Of a DNA stretch of 64,000 bases, positions 47,885-56,454 are shown one piece after another. The stretch's first letter is position 1. Each line of letters opens with the position of its first letter. The DNA comes from Elusimicrobiota bacterium. Lineage in GTDB: Bacteria > Elusimicrobiota > Elusimicrobia > UBA1565 > UBA9628. Location: contig JACRDQ010000020.1 in the NCBI GenBank assembly GCA_016218545.1, positions 34,455 to 98,454 on the forward strand, given 5' to 3'. Under the pieces are notes generated by a model. It ran no database searches. It was not told where the DNA came from and was given only the letters and a program-made list of their open reading frames with translations. The position numbers were made by a program, and so were the translations under genes.

Positions 47885-49165
47885 TCAGCGGGCCGCGGCC
47901 CTGAGGTCCGCGGCAGCTCCGATGAGGTAGAGGGCGGCGGCCGTGTTCTTCTTGACCGCGGGTCCGATGGCCGCGGCCCCGGGGTAGAAGGAGCCTCCCT
48001 CAAGCTCGAAGGTGAACCCGAAGATGCCGCGAGCCGAGTACATCCAGTCGTCGGTGTCTCCGCTCGAGGCGTAGAGCTCGCTCGACTGCTCCGCGACGTA
48101 GCCGGTCAGGGCCGCCATCTTCCCGGCCACGACCTTGAAGACCTTGAGATCCTCCTGGTTCGGGATGGGGTCGTAGGAGTAGCTCCAGGGCCAGAAGATG
48201 AGGCCGCCGTAGGAGTGATAGGACACGCTGGTCTTGATGTTCGCGCGGGACTCGACGAACTTCTTGATGGCCTGGGTCTCGGGCTCGGAGAAGGCCGAGG
48301 GGCCGTGATAGGTGTCGCTGTAAGGCTGGTCCGAGGCGCCGGCCCCGCCCCACTGGTAGCCGTAGTTGCGGTTCAAGTCCACCCCGATCTCCCCGCCCGG
48401 GTTGACCCGCATGTTCTTCCTCTGCCAGCGGTACTGGCTGGTCTCCACGTCGTACTCCACGCCGTCGGGGTTGACCATGGGCATGATGTAGATGTCCCGG
48501 GTCTCGAGCAGGGCCTTGATCTCGGGCTTGGCCCTGTTCTCCGCCAGGTGCACGGCCAGCATGAGCGGGACCTCGGTGCTCAGGTGCTCACGAGCGTGAT
48601 GCGCGCCCATGAAGAGTACGCCGGGCTTGGAGCTCGGCCCGGCGCCCGAGGCCGAGGAGTTGAAGCGCAGGACCCATAGCTCGCGGCCCTGCCAGGCCTT
48701 GCCCGCGGAGAACATGGAGACCAGGCCGGGGTTCTTCGCGGCCAGGCCCTTCATCACGGCCGTCATCTCGGCGTAGTCGTGGAACGCCTCGTCCTTGGCC
48801 GGGAAGCCCTTCTCAGCCAGGTCGCCGAGGGAGACCATCTCGTCGACGGTGAAGCCCTTGGCCTTGATGAGCGCGATGTCTTTGGCGTGCGCGGTGCCGG
48901 AGACCCGGTCGCCCTGGACCTCCTCGATGGACAATCCCATGGAAGCGAGGAGCGTGCGCTGCTCCTTGGTGGAGGCGTGCACCACGATCCAGTAGCGGTG
49001 GTCGTACTCGGGACCGGCCTTCCAACGCTTGGCGGAGCGCTTCCGCACGGGCTCGACCGAGCGCACGGCCTGGCGCACGGTCTCCTCGGAGAAGGAGGGC
49101 TCGGCAGCGGAGGACGAGAGAGGGATGAGAAGGGCGAGACAAAGACCGGTCAACGAGCTTCGCAT
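47885..49165 (-). CDS. M14 zinc carboxypeptidase (carboxypeptidase T-like), secreted
   Basis: HHAREH, NPDG, WQRKN, GVDLNRNY, FSEPET, HSYG and SGDTDDW...FTFEL. Confidence 0.93.
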   Translation of the reverse strand: MRSSLTGLCLALLIPLSSSAAEPSFSEETVRQAVRSVEPVRKRSAKRWKAGPEYDHRYWIVVHASTKEQRTLLASMGLSIEEVQGDRVSGTAHAKDIALIKAKGFTVDEMVSLGDLAEKGFPAKDEAFHDYAEMTAVMKGLAAKNPGLVSMFSAGKAWQGRELWVLRFNSSASGAGPSSKPGVLFMGAHHAREHLSTEVPLMLAVHLAENRAKPEIKALLETRDIYIMPMVNPDGVEYDVETSQYRWQRKNMRVNPGGEIGVDLNRNYGYQWGGAGASDQPYSDTYHGPSAFSEPETQAIKKFVESRANIKTSVSYHSYGGLIFWPWSYSYDPIPNQEDLKVFKVVAGKMAALTGYVAEQSSELYASSGDTDDWMYSARGIFGFTFELEGGSFYPGAAAIGPAVKKNTAAALYLIGAAADLRAAAR

Positions 49166-49234
49166 AGGGGACCTCCAGGCACGCCGGATACGTCCCCATT
49201 ATAGCATGGGGAAATTCATATAATCCCTCTCCTG

Positions 49235-50083
49235 ATGCCCGCGATCTTCGACTGCCGCTCAGTGGCGGCCCGGTACATGGACTGGACCGCCGGAGCCCTC
49301 AAGCAGCTCTCATCCACCCCGAAGCTGGCCACCCTGCTCGACGTCTCGCGCGGCGACCCCGGGAACCTGCAGTACCGGGACTACATCGACAAGGACAGCC
49401 GTCGGCTCGGCGTACCCTGCATCCATCGCGAGGTCCGCATGCCGGGCGAGGTGCCCACGGCCCTGGCCAGCCTCAACGAGGACCCCGACGTCACCGGCAT
49501 CATGGTGCTCTATCCCGTGGGCGCGCCCATGCGCGACGAGGAGGTCATGGACCTGGTCTCCCCCGCCAAGGACGTGGAGGGCCTGCACTCCACGAACCTC
49601 GGGTACCTCGTCAAGTACCGCCGCCTCCTCGACCAGGCCCGCGGGGTCAAGTGCGTGGTCCCGGCCACGGCCAAGGCCGTGGTGAAGACCCTCCTGAGCT
49701 ACCCCCAGGTCAAGGTCGAGGGAGCCTTCGCCGTGCTCATCAACAACTCCATGCGCGTGGGCAAGCCCCTGGGCCTCATGCTGGAGAACCTCGGGGCCAC
49801 GGTGGTCAAGTGCTACGACAAGACGCCCCGGTCCCTGATCGAGGACTGCGTGCGGCGCGCGGACATCCTGGTCACGGCCGTCCCTGACCCGGGGTTCAGG
49901 ATCGACCCCGGGTGGATCAAACCCGGCTCAGCCATGGTCGACGTCTCCTTCGAGGGCAACGTGGACTTCGAGGCCCTCAGCCGCGGCCCGGCAGGCATCG
50001 TCACCGCCCCGGACAACCGCATCGGCAGGGTCACGCGCGCCATGACCTTCGTGAACCTCGTCTATTGCGCCCAAGCCCGCTGA
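49235..50083 (+). CDS. Methylenetetrahydrofolate dehydrogenase family protein (FolD-like, atypical)
   Basis: LNED..V.GIMV..P, KDVEGL, VGKPL, ADILVTAV and WIKPG..VDV. Lacks the canonical VPGGVGP. Confidence 0.85.
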   Translation: MPAIFDCRSVAARYMDWTAGALKQLSSTPKLATLLDVSRGDPGNLQYRDYIDKDSRRLGVPCIHREVRMPGEVPTALASLNEDPDVTGIMVLYPVGAPMRDEEVMDLVSPAKDVEGLHSTNLGYLVKYRRLLDQARGVKCVVPATAKAVVKTLLSYPQVKVEGAFAVLINNSMRVGKPLGLMLENLGATVVKCYDKTPRSLIEDCVRRADILVTAVPDPGFRIDPGWIKPGSAMVDVSFEGNVDFEALSRGPAGIVTAPDNRIGRVTRAMTFVNLVYCAQAR

Positions 50084-50143
50084 CCCTGCCGGAATGCAAC
50101 ACGGCTGGTGTCTGACACCAGTTGTTGCATTCCGGCAGGGTCA
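50081..50143. repeat. Palindrome, REP-like family copy 2 (fills a convergent intergenic gap)
   Basis: 21-bp outer arms TGACCCTGCCGGAATGCAACA and its reverse complement, with core CTGGTGTC-T-GACACCAG shared with 28226-28270. Confidence 0.88.
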
Positions 50144-50848
50144 ACGGGCGGACATGAAGTCGGTGAGGGCCTTCTCGCCCGCCGGGGTGATGAAGAACAG
50201 GTAGGAGCGCACCGCGAAGCCCTGCGGGTCCATGTCGTGCAAGAGGAGCTGGATCTGGTCCGCGGACTCGAAGGCGGTCCTGCCCTCGGCCTTGAAGCGC
50301 CGGACGAGCTCCTTTCGCTGCGGCTCGGCCATGGTGGCCAATTGGAGGGCGTAGGAGATGAACTCCCCCTGCTCGCGCGGGATGAGCTTGGGCGCGGCGG
50401 CGTAGGCGCGAATGGAGATGTGATGCCCTGCCTCGTGCGCGATGTAGGAGGTCCAGAGCTCGCGGCTCGGAGCCACTCCAAGAGGGGTCGCATCCGGCGG
50501 CGTTTTGGCGAAGACCCGGAAGGTCTTGATGTAGACCTCGTCCGTGTCCGTGTCATAGAAGCCGTGCACGTTGTCGATGATGGGGCTGATCTTCCGGTAG
50601 CTCTCCGGGAAGCGGTCCAACACGTGGATGGTGAGCCGCGCCTTCATCGGGTAGCCGCGCTCGGCCATGAAGCGCTCGGCTCTGGAGAAGCCCTCGCAGG
50701 CCGCGGGCAAGCTCGAGGCCTCGTCTGAGACCACCGTGACCCAGGAGGAGCCGCAGTCGCTGCGGACCCCGGCCGGTTGGGAGGAAGCGGCGCGGGCGGA
50801 CGCCGGCAGGAGCAGGAGAAGAGCCAGCCCGAAAGCCGCGTTCCTCAT
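50141..50848 (-). CDS. Secreted hypothetical protein with HExxH motif (DUF6639-like)
   Basis: Signal peptide (ASARA), IAHEAGHH, EFISYALQL and PQGFAVRSY. Confidence 0.65.
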   Translation of the reverse strand: MRNAAFGLALLLLLPASARAASSQPAGVRSDCGSSWVTVVSDEASSLPAACEGFSRAERFMAERGYPMKARLTIHVLDRFPESYRKISPIIDNVHGFYDTDTDEVYIKTFRVFAKTPPDATPLGVAPSRELWTSYIAHEAGHHISIRAYAAAPKLIPREQGEFISYALQLATMAEPQRKELVRRFKAEGRTAFESADQIQLLLHDMDPQGFAVRSYLFFITPAGEKALTDFMSAR

Positions 50849-50912
50849 GCCCCTATGATAATGGGAACGGCGGAGTCGGGCCAGGGCCGAAGAGTGCCCC
50901 TCCGGGTGGGTC

Positions 50913-51545
50913 CTAAGGACCCTGGTATTTCAAGCGGTAAGCGGCCCTGGCGCCCGGCGGCACCGCGTCGATGGGCTCGAATGCGAAGCCCTTGCGCTTG
51001 CCGATGACGGTTCGGACCGAGTCCGTCACGAGGATCTCCCAGGCCTTGGCCGTGTCTTCCCCGAGCTTGCTGGCGGCGTTGACCTCTGAGCCGAACACGT
51101 CGTGGTCTCCGATCCGCAGCATCCGGCCGAACCCGATGCCGACGCACAAGAGGATGTGCTCCTCCGCCTGACGGCTCTCGTTGTAGCCCTTGGCCGCGGC
51201 CTGCATGGCGGTCGCGCACTCGAGGGCGCGGGCGGGGCTCCTGAAGATCACCATCATGCTGTCCCCCTCCGTCTTGAGGAGGATGCCGTCATAGTCGTCG
51301 ATGCAGGGCACGAAGATGCGGGAGGACTCGGAGATGATCTGGAGGAAGTGGATGATGCCGAACTCCGAGACCTTGCGCGAGAAGCCCGAGAGGTCCGTGT
51401 ACATGACCGCCCACTCCTCGCCGAAGAGGTCCCAGATCCGCCGGTCGATGGCCGTCTTGTCCGCGCCCGGCGAGAGACGCTCCGCGATGAGCTTCTCCAG
51501 GCGGTCCTGCGACGCGCCGGTCCCGATCTTGGTGATGAGCGACAT
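50913..51545 (-). CDS. Stand-alone class III adenylate/guanylate cyclase domain protein
   Basis: MYTDLSGFS, KTEGDS, VGIGFG and DVFGSEVNAASKL. GGAGG SD. Confidence 0.9.
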   Translation of the reverse strand: MSLITKIGTGASQDRLEKLIAERLSPGADKTAIDRRIWDLFGEEWAVMYTDLSGFSRKVSEFGIIHFLQIISESSRIFVPCIDDYDGILLKTEGDSMMVIFRSPARALECATAMQAAAKGYNESRQAEEHILLCVGIGFGRMLRIGDHDVFGSEVNAASKLGEDTAKAWEILVTDSVRTVIGKRKGFAFEPIDAVPPGARAAYRLKYQGP

Positions 51546-51607
51546 GATCCCTCCCTAGCGCCTGGCGGCCGCCGCCAGGAGCGGCCAGGCGGACAAGCAC
51601 AGGTCGG

Positions 51608-51636
51608 AGTATAGACGCTTGCGAGGGGGATGTCAA
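51608..51636 (-). promoter_or_regulatory. Near-consensus sigma70 promoter of the cyclase gene
   Basis: TTGACA (51636-51631), 17 nt, TATACT (51613-51608). Confidence 0.75.
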
Positions 51637-52110
51637 TCAACGCCCGGGGTAGCGGACGGCCTTGACGATCGACGCGCCCCAGTCTTCGACCTCGACGCGG
51701 TCTCCGGGCCTCTTGCCCAGGAGCGCCAGGGCGAGGGACGAATCCCAGGCGAGCTTCCCCCCGCCCTCCTCAGCCTCGTCCTGGCCCACGATGGAGACGG
51801 TCCGGACCGAGCCGTCCGCTCCCTGCAGGTCCACCGCGGCGCCGAAGCGCGCCTCGTCCGTGGGCACGGCCTTGGGATCCACCGGGACCGCGCTCCCGAG
51901 CCTGCCCTCGTAGTAGCGCAGGTCGCGCTTGAGCTCGCGCGCCCTGCGGCTCTCGCGGTCCGCGGCATCGAGCTCCGAGCGCAGGGCTTCGGCCTTCCTC
52001 ATGAGAGCGGCGAGCCCCTCTTGCGTCACGTAATTGGGCGCGGTGCTCTGGTGGCGCTCAGGCAGGTCGTCCGGATCGCCCGCGTCCTCCTTGATGAAGG
52101 CCCTGCTCAC
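51637..52110 (-). CDS. GreA/GreB family elongation factor-like protein
   Basis: MSRAFIKE, NYVT.EG, FGA.V, IVG.DEA and S.LA.ALLGK..GD. Confidence 0.88.
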   Translation of the reverse strand: MSRAFIKEDAGDPDDLPERHQSTAPNYVTQEGLAALMRKAEALRSELDAADRESRRARELKRDLRYYEGRLGSAVPVDPKAVPTDEARFGAAVDLQGADGSVRTVSIVGQDEAEEGGGKLAWDSSLALALLGKRPGDRVEVEDWGASIVKAVRYPGR

Positions 52111-52135
52111 GTGATGATTGTATCATGGAAACCGA

Positions 52136-52161
52136 GCGGGGCCGCCTTTCGGCGGCCCCGC
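52136..52161 (-). terminator. Hairpin downstream of ppdK (probable terminator)
   Basis: 11-bp perfect stem GCGGGGCCGCC with a GAAA loop on the minus strand. U-tract is weak. Confidence 0.6.
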
Positions 52162-52189
52162 GCTTTGCTCGGTCCTTCCGGACCTCGCC

Positions 52190-54979
52190 CTACTTCTTCT
52201 TTTCCTTGGCCGAGGCCTGGGCCGCGGCGTGGATGGCGATGGGCACCCGGAAGGGCGAGCAGGACACGTAGTTCAAGCCCGTGCGGTGGCAGAACTCCAC
52301 CGACGCGGGCTCGCCGCCGTGCTCGCCGCAGATGCCGATCTTGAGGTCCTTGCGGGTCTTGCGGCCGCGCTCGACCGAGATCCGGACCAGCTCGCCGACC
52401 GCTTCCTGGTCGATGGTCTGGAACGGGTCGGCCGCGAGGATCTTCTTATCCAGGTACGGGTTGAGGAACCCGCCCATGTCGTCGCGGGAGAACCCGAAGG
52501 TCATCTGGGTCAGGTCGTTGGTGCCGAAGGAGAAGAACTGCGCGTACTGCGCGATCTTCCCGGACACCAGGGCGGCCCTCGGGATCTCGATCATCGTGCC
52601 CACGAGGTGGGGGATGTTCTTGACGCCCTTGCTCTTGAGAACCTCCTTGTAGACCTTCTCCACGAGCGCGTACTGGTCGGTCAGCTCCGCCTCGTTGCAC
52701 ACGACCGGGATCATGATCTCGGGGAAGGCCTTGACGCCCTCCTTCTGGAGCTCGGCCGCGGCCTCGAGGATGGCGCGGACCTGCATCTCCGTGATCTCGG
52801 GGTAGGTGACGCCGAGGCGCACCCCGCGGTGGCCCATCATGGGGTTGCTCTCGCGCAGGCCCTGGGCCCGCTTCTCGAGCTCCTCCATGCTGATGCCGAG
52901 GCTCTTGCCCAGCTCGCGCAGGCCCGCCTCCTGGTGCGGGACGAACTCGTGCAGGGGCGGGTCGAGGGTCCGGATGGTGACCGGCAGGTCGTGCATGGCC
53001 TTCATGGTGGCCTTGACGTCGGCCTTGACGAAGGGGAAGAGCTCCTCGAGCACCTTCCTGCGCTCGACCTCGGTCTTGGACATGATCATCTTGCGCAGGA
53101 TGAAGAGCGGCTTCTCCGAGCCCTTGCCGTAGAACATGTGCTCGGTGCGGAAAAGACCGATGCCCTCGGCGCCGAAGCGCCGGGCCCGGCCCGCGTCCTC
53201 GGGGGTGTCCGCGTTGGCGCGCACGCCCAGGCGCCGCACCGCGTTGCAGACCTTGGTGAAGTCCTCGAGGTCCTTGTTGCTCTCGCCGGCCTCCTTCATG
53301 GGCATCTCGCCCTGGTAGACGGTGCCCTTGGAGCCGTTGAGGGTGACCCAGTCGCCCTCGCGGAGGATGACGCCGTCGACCTCGACGGTCTTGTTGTGGA
53401 GCGAGATCTCGAGAGCCCCGCAGCCGACCACGCAGCACTTGCCCCAGCCGCGGGCCACGAGGGCCGCGTGCGAGGTCATGCCGCCGCGGGCCGTGAGGAT
53501 GGCCTGCGCCGCGCGCATGCCCTCCACGTCCTCGGGGTTGGTCTCCTCGCGCACGAGGATGACCTTCTTGCCCGAGGTGTTCCACGCGACGGCGTCCGCG
53601 GCCGTGAAGACGACCATGCCCTTGGCTCCGCCGGGTCCCGCGGGCAGGCCCTTGGCGATGGGCTTGGTCACGGCCTCGGCCTTGGGGTCCACGATGGGGT
53701 GGAGCAGCTCGTCGAGCTGGTCCGGGGTCACGCGCAGGACCGCCTCGTCCTTCGTGATGACCTTCTCCTTGAGCATGTCGAGCGCGATCCTGACCGCGGC
53801 CGGGCCGTTCCTCTTGCCCACGCGGCACTGGAGCATGTAGAGCCTGCCGTGCTCGATCGTGAACTCGATGTCGAGCATGTCGCGATAGTGCTCCTCGAGC
53901 CGGTTGCGGATGTCGTAGAGCTCCTTGTAGACCTTGGGCATGGCCTGCTCGAGGCTCCGGGCGTCCTTGGACTGCTCGCTGCGGCTCTGCTCGTTGATGG
54001 GCGACGGGGTGCGGATGCCGGCCACCACGTCCTCTCCCTGGGCGTTGATGAGGAACTCGCCGTAGAAGATGTTCTCGCCGGTCCCGGGGTCGCGGGTGAA
54101 GCCCACGCCCGTCGCCGAGTCGTCGCCGAGGTTGCCGAAGACCATGGACTGGACGTTGACCGCGGTGCCCCACTCCTCGGGGATCTTCTCGATCCTCCGA
54201 TAGGAGACGGCCCGCCTGCCCATCCAGGAGGCGAAGACCGCTCCGATGGAGCCCCACAACTGGGCCATGGGGTCGTCCGGGAAGGGCTTGTTGAAGACGG
54301 CCTGGACGCGCTTCTTGAACTCGGCGCAGAGGACCTTGAGGTCGCCCACGGTGAGCTCCGTGTCGGTCTTGTAGCCCTTGCGGCGCTTCATGTCGTCCAT
54401 GATGCGCTCGAGCTGCTTGCGGATGCCCTGGTCGTCGGCGGGCTCGATGTTCTCCGCCTTCTCCATGACGACGTCGGAGTACATCATGATGAGCCGGCGG
54501 TAGGCGTCGTAGACGAAGCGCTCATCGCCGGTCTGGCGGGCGAGGCCCGGGATGGTCTCCGGAGTCAGGCCCACGTTGAGGATGGTCTCCATCATGCCAG
54601 GCATGGACTTGCGGGCGCCGGAGCGCACGGACACGAGCAGGGGGTTCTGCGTGTCGCCGAACTTCTTGCCCGTGAGCTTCTCGACGTGCGCGAGGTTCGC
54701 GGCCACGCCTTCCTTGAGGCCCTTGGGGTAGGTCCGCTTGTTGGCCCAGTAATAGGTGCAGACCTCGGTGGTGATGGTGAAACCCGGGGGCACGGGCAGG
54801 CGCAGGCTCGGGTGGCCCGCCATCTCGGCGAGATTGGCGCCCTTGCCGCCGAGGAGGTTCTTCATGGATTCGTCGCCGTCGGCGCGTCCTCCGCCGAAGA
54901 AATAGAGCGTCTTGCCCGATTTCTTGACCTTTGTCGAGCTCGGGCCGCTCGACTTCTTGTTCAACAGCGCTGATGGCAT
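52190..54979 (-). CDS. ppdK: Pyruvate phosphate dikinase
   Basis: LLGGKGANLAEM, LVSVRSGA..SMPGMM, GEDVVAGIRTP, GGMTSHAALVARG, GIGLFRTEHMF, SFGTNDLTQ and ICGEHGG. GGAGG SD before ATG 54979. Confidence 0.98.
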   Translation of the reverse strand: MPSALLNKKSSGPSSTKVKKSGKTLYFFGGGRADGDESMKNLLGGKGANLAEMAGHPSLRLPVPPGFTITTEVCTYYWANKRTYPKGLKEGVAANLAHVEKLTGKKFGDTQNPLLVSVRSGARKSMPGMMETILNVGLTPETIPGLARQTGDERFVYDAYRRLIMMYSDVVMEKAENIEPADDQGIRKQLERIMDDMKRRKGYKTDTELTVGDLKVLCAEFKKRVQAVFNKPFPDDPMAQLWGSIGAVFASWMGRRAVSYRRIEKIPEEWGTAVNVQSMVFGNLGDDSATGVGFTRDPGTGENIFYGEFLINAQGEDVVAGIRTPSPINEQSRSEQSKDARSLEQAMPKVYKELYDIRNRLEEHYRDMLDIEFTIEHGRLYMLQCRVGKRNGPAAVRIALDMLKEKVITKDEAVLRVTPDQLDELLHPIVDPKAEAVTKPIAKGLPAGPGGAKGMVVFTAADAVAWNTSGKKVILVREETNPEDVEGMRAAQAILTARGGMTSHAALVARGWGKCCVVGCGALEISLHNKTVEVDGVILREGDWVTLNGSKGTVYQGEMPMKEAGESNKDLEDFTKVCNAVRRLGVRANADTPEDAGRARRFGAEGIGLFRTEHMFYGKGSEKPLFILRKMIMSKTEVERRKVLEELFPFVKADVKATMKAMHDLPVTIRTLDPPLHEFVPHQEAGLRELGKSLGISMEELEKRAQGLRESNPMMGHRGVRLGVTYPEITEMQVRAILEAAAELQKEGVKAFPEIMIPVVCNEAELTDQYALVEKVYKEVLKSKGVKNIPHLVGTMIEIPRAALVSGKIAQYAQFFSFGTNDLTQMTFGFSRDDMGGFLNPYLDKKILAADPFQTIDQEAVGELVRISVERGRKTRKDLKIGICGEHGGEPASVEFCHRTGLNYVSCSPFRVPIAIHAAAQASAKEKKK

Positions 54980-55008
54980 GGTTCGCCTCCTTAAGATTGG
55001 CACCACAC

Positions 55009-55065
55009 ACTGGTGTCAGACGTCAAGACGAGACGGCACCTCAGGGTCCGACGTCAGACACCAGT
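55009..55065. repeat. Inverted repeat related to the REP-like family (copy 3, split)
   Basis: ACTGGTGTCAGACGTC ... GACGTCAGACACCAGT: 16-bp arms with 1 mismatch, 25-nt spacer, in the ppdK leader. Confidence 0.7.
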
Positions 55066-55101
55066 ATATGAATATAGGCGGGGGCTTTCAAGGACCCGGA
55101 C

Positions 55102-55995
55102 TCAGCCGTCGCGGCCGATGGATTCCGCGAGCTCGCGGATGAAGCCCTCCCGCTCGGCGGGGCCGGCGCAGAAGCGCCGCAGGCGCAGGGGCCTGGAGCC
55201 GTCCGGCCGGGCGTGGAACACGGACATGCCGATGCCGTCCTCCCCGGACCTGGCCAAGGCGCCCAAGACCCAGGCATGGTCAGGGCCCAGGGCCCTGAGC
55301 AGGGCCCGCTCGAACTCGACCTCCAGCCGGCACAGGGGGTCGTCAAAGGCCCGGAGCATCTCCCGGACGTCCTTGCGGTCGAGCCGGGACACCAGGGCCA
55401 GGGCGCCCTGCCCCGGGCCGGGCACCACGTCCTCCACCGGGATGAACTCAGCCCGCTGGGGAGGAAGGCCCAGTCCGGCCCAATCGGCTCCGGCCAGGAC
55501 CAGGGCGTCGCAGAAGCCGCCTTCGAGCCGCCCGAGCCGGGAGGTCACTGCCCCCCGCAGGGGCACGGGCTCGACCCCGGGCCGCGCCCGCTTGATCTGG
55601 AGATGACGGCGCAAGGTGGACACCGCGACCTTGCCCGCGCCGAAACCCGCCCAGGGGATCCCGCTGCGCGCCACGAAGATGTCCCGCGGGTCCTCACGCT
55701 TGCAGTAGGCGGCGATGCAGAGCCCCTCGGCCAGGACGGCCGGCAGATCCTGCGCCCGGTGGATAGCGAAGTCGATGGTCCCGTTGAGGAGGGCGGCGTC
55801 GACCTCGCGGGTGAGCAGGTCGTCCGGGCCCGAGGCCAGGCCTTCCGGGGACTCAGCGGCCTGGCGCTCCCCGGTGGTCACGATGGGCGCGATCTCCACG
55901 TTGAGGTCCTCGTAGCGGATCTGCAGCGACTGGATGACCTGCCGCACCCACGGCAGGAGGGCTTCCACGCTGCTCGACCCCACCCAGAGCTTCAT
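55102..55995 (-). CDS. Porphobilinogen deaminase (HemC)-like protein, divergent
   Basis: I.TTGE, ID.AIH..QDLP, REDPRD, STLRR..Q, LRG...RL and PGPGQGAL are present. The cofactor-Cys loop (GGC..PIG) is replaced by GPDHAWVLG. Confidence 0.8.
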   Translation of the reverse strand: MKLWVGSSSVEALLPWVRQVIQSLQIRYEDLNVEIAPIVTTGERQAAESPEGLASGPDDLLTREVDAALLNGTIDFAIHRAQDLPAVLAEGLCIAAYCKREDPRDIFVARSGIPWAGFGAGKVAVSTLRRHLQIKRARPGVEPVPLRGAVTSRLGRLEGGFCDALVLAGADWAGLGLPPQRAEFIPVEDVVPGPGQGALALVSRLDRKDVREMLRAFDDPLCRLEVEFERALLRALGPDHAWVLGALARSGEDGIGMSVFHARPDGSRPLRLRRFCAGPAEREGFIRELAESIGRDG

Positions 55996-56153
55996 CCTAG
56001 TATTGATTCTAGCGGGAAACGCAGGAGCCCGGTATCCGTATTCTCCGCACGACTGACTCGAAAAAGACCCGAATCCCCGACGCGAGCTGAAAGCTGATCC
56101 GGACCATGACCGCCGTCATGGCGGCTGTCCCTTTCCGGGTCTATACTCTTCCC

Positions 56154-56414
56154 ATGCGGCCGAAGTTCCCCGAGTTCACCGCGTTCGTCGTGCCCCCGGG
56201 GGAGCAGTTCATCCACTACGACGCCTGCGTGAGCGCCCGCAACCCGGACGCCAAGCTCTCCCTCCACGTCCGGGCCTGGGTCTCGGGCGAGGAGCCTCCG
56301 CGGGAGCCCGCCGAGGCGGAGCGGGTCGTCCCGGACGGCGAGTCCCTCTCGCACCCCATCACCCTGCAGAACCGCTCGGGCCGCAGCCTCGTGTTCCGCT
56401 GGACCCTGCTGTAG
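56154..56414 (+). CDS. Small hypothetical protein
   Basis: 86-aa ORF with GC3-rich codons. TATACT lies 6 nt upstream of ATG 56154. Confidence 0.55.
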   Translation: MRPKFPEFTAFVVPPGEQFIHYDACVSARNPDAKLSLHVRAWVSGEEPPREPAEAERVVPDGESLSHPITLQNRSGRSLVFRWTLL

Positions 56415-56454
56415 GCTCTCCGGCCCCGCGTCCAAACTGGTATAATCTCCTCCC

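Noticed and set aside
52118..54973. 951-aa plus-strand ORF
   Set aside because: Antisense shadow of ppdK.
55996..56140. Possible ncRNA or cobalamin riboswitch between the hemC-like and B12 radical SAM genes
   Set aside because: Only short hairpins; I could not identify a convincing B12-box or other family motif. An Rfam scan would be needed.
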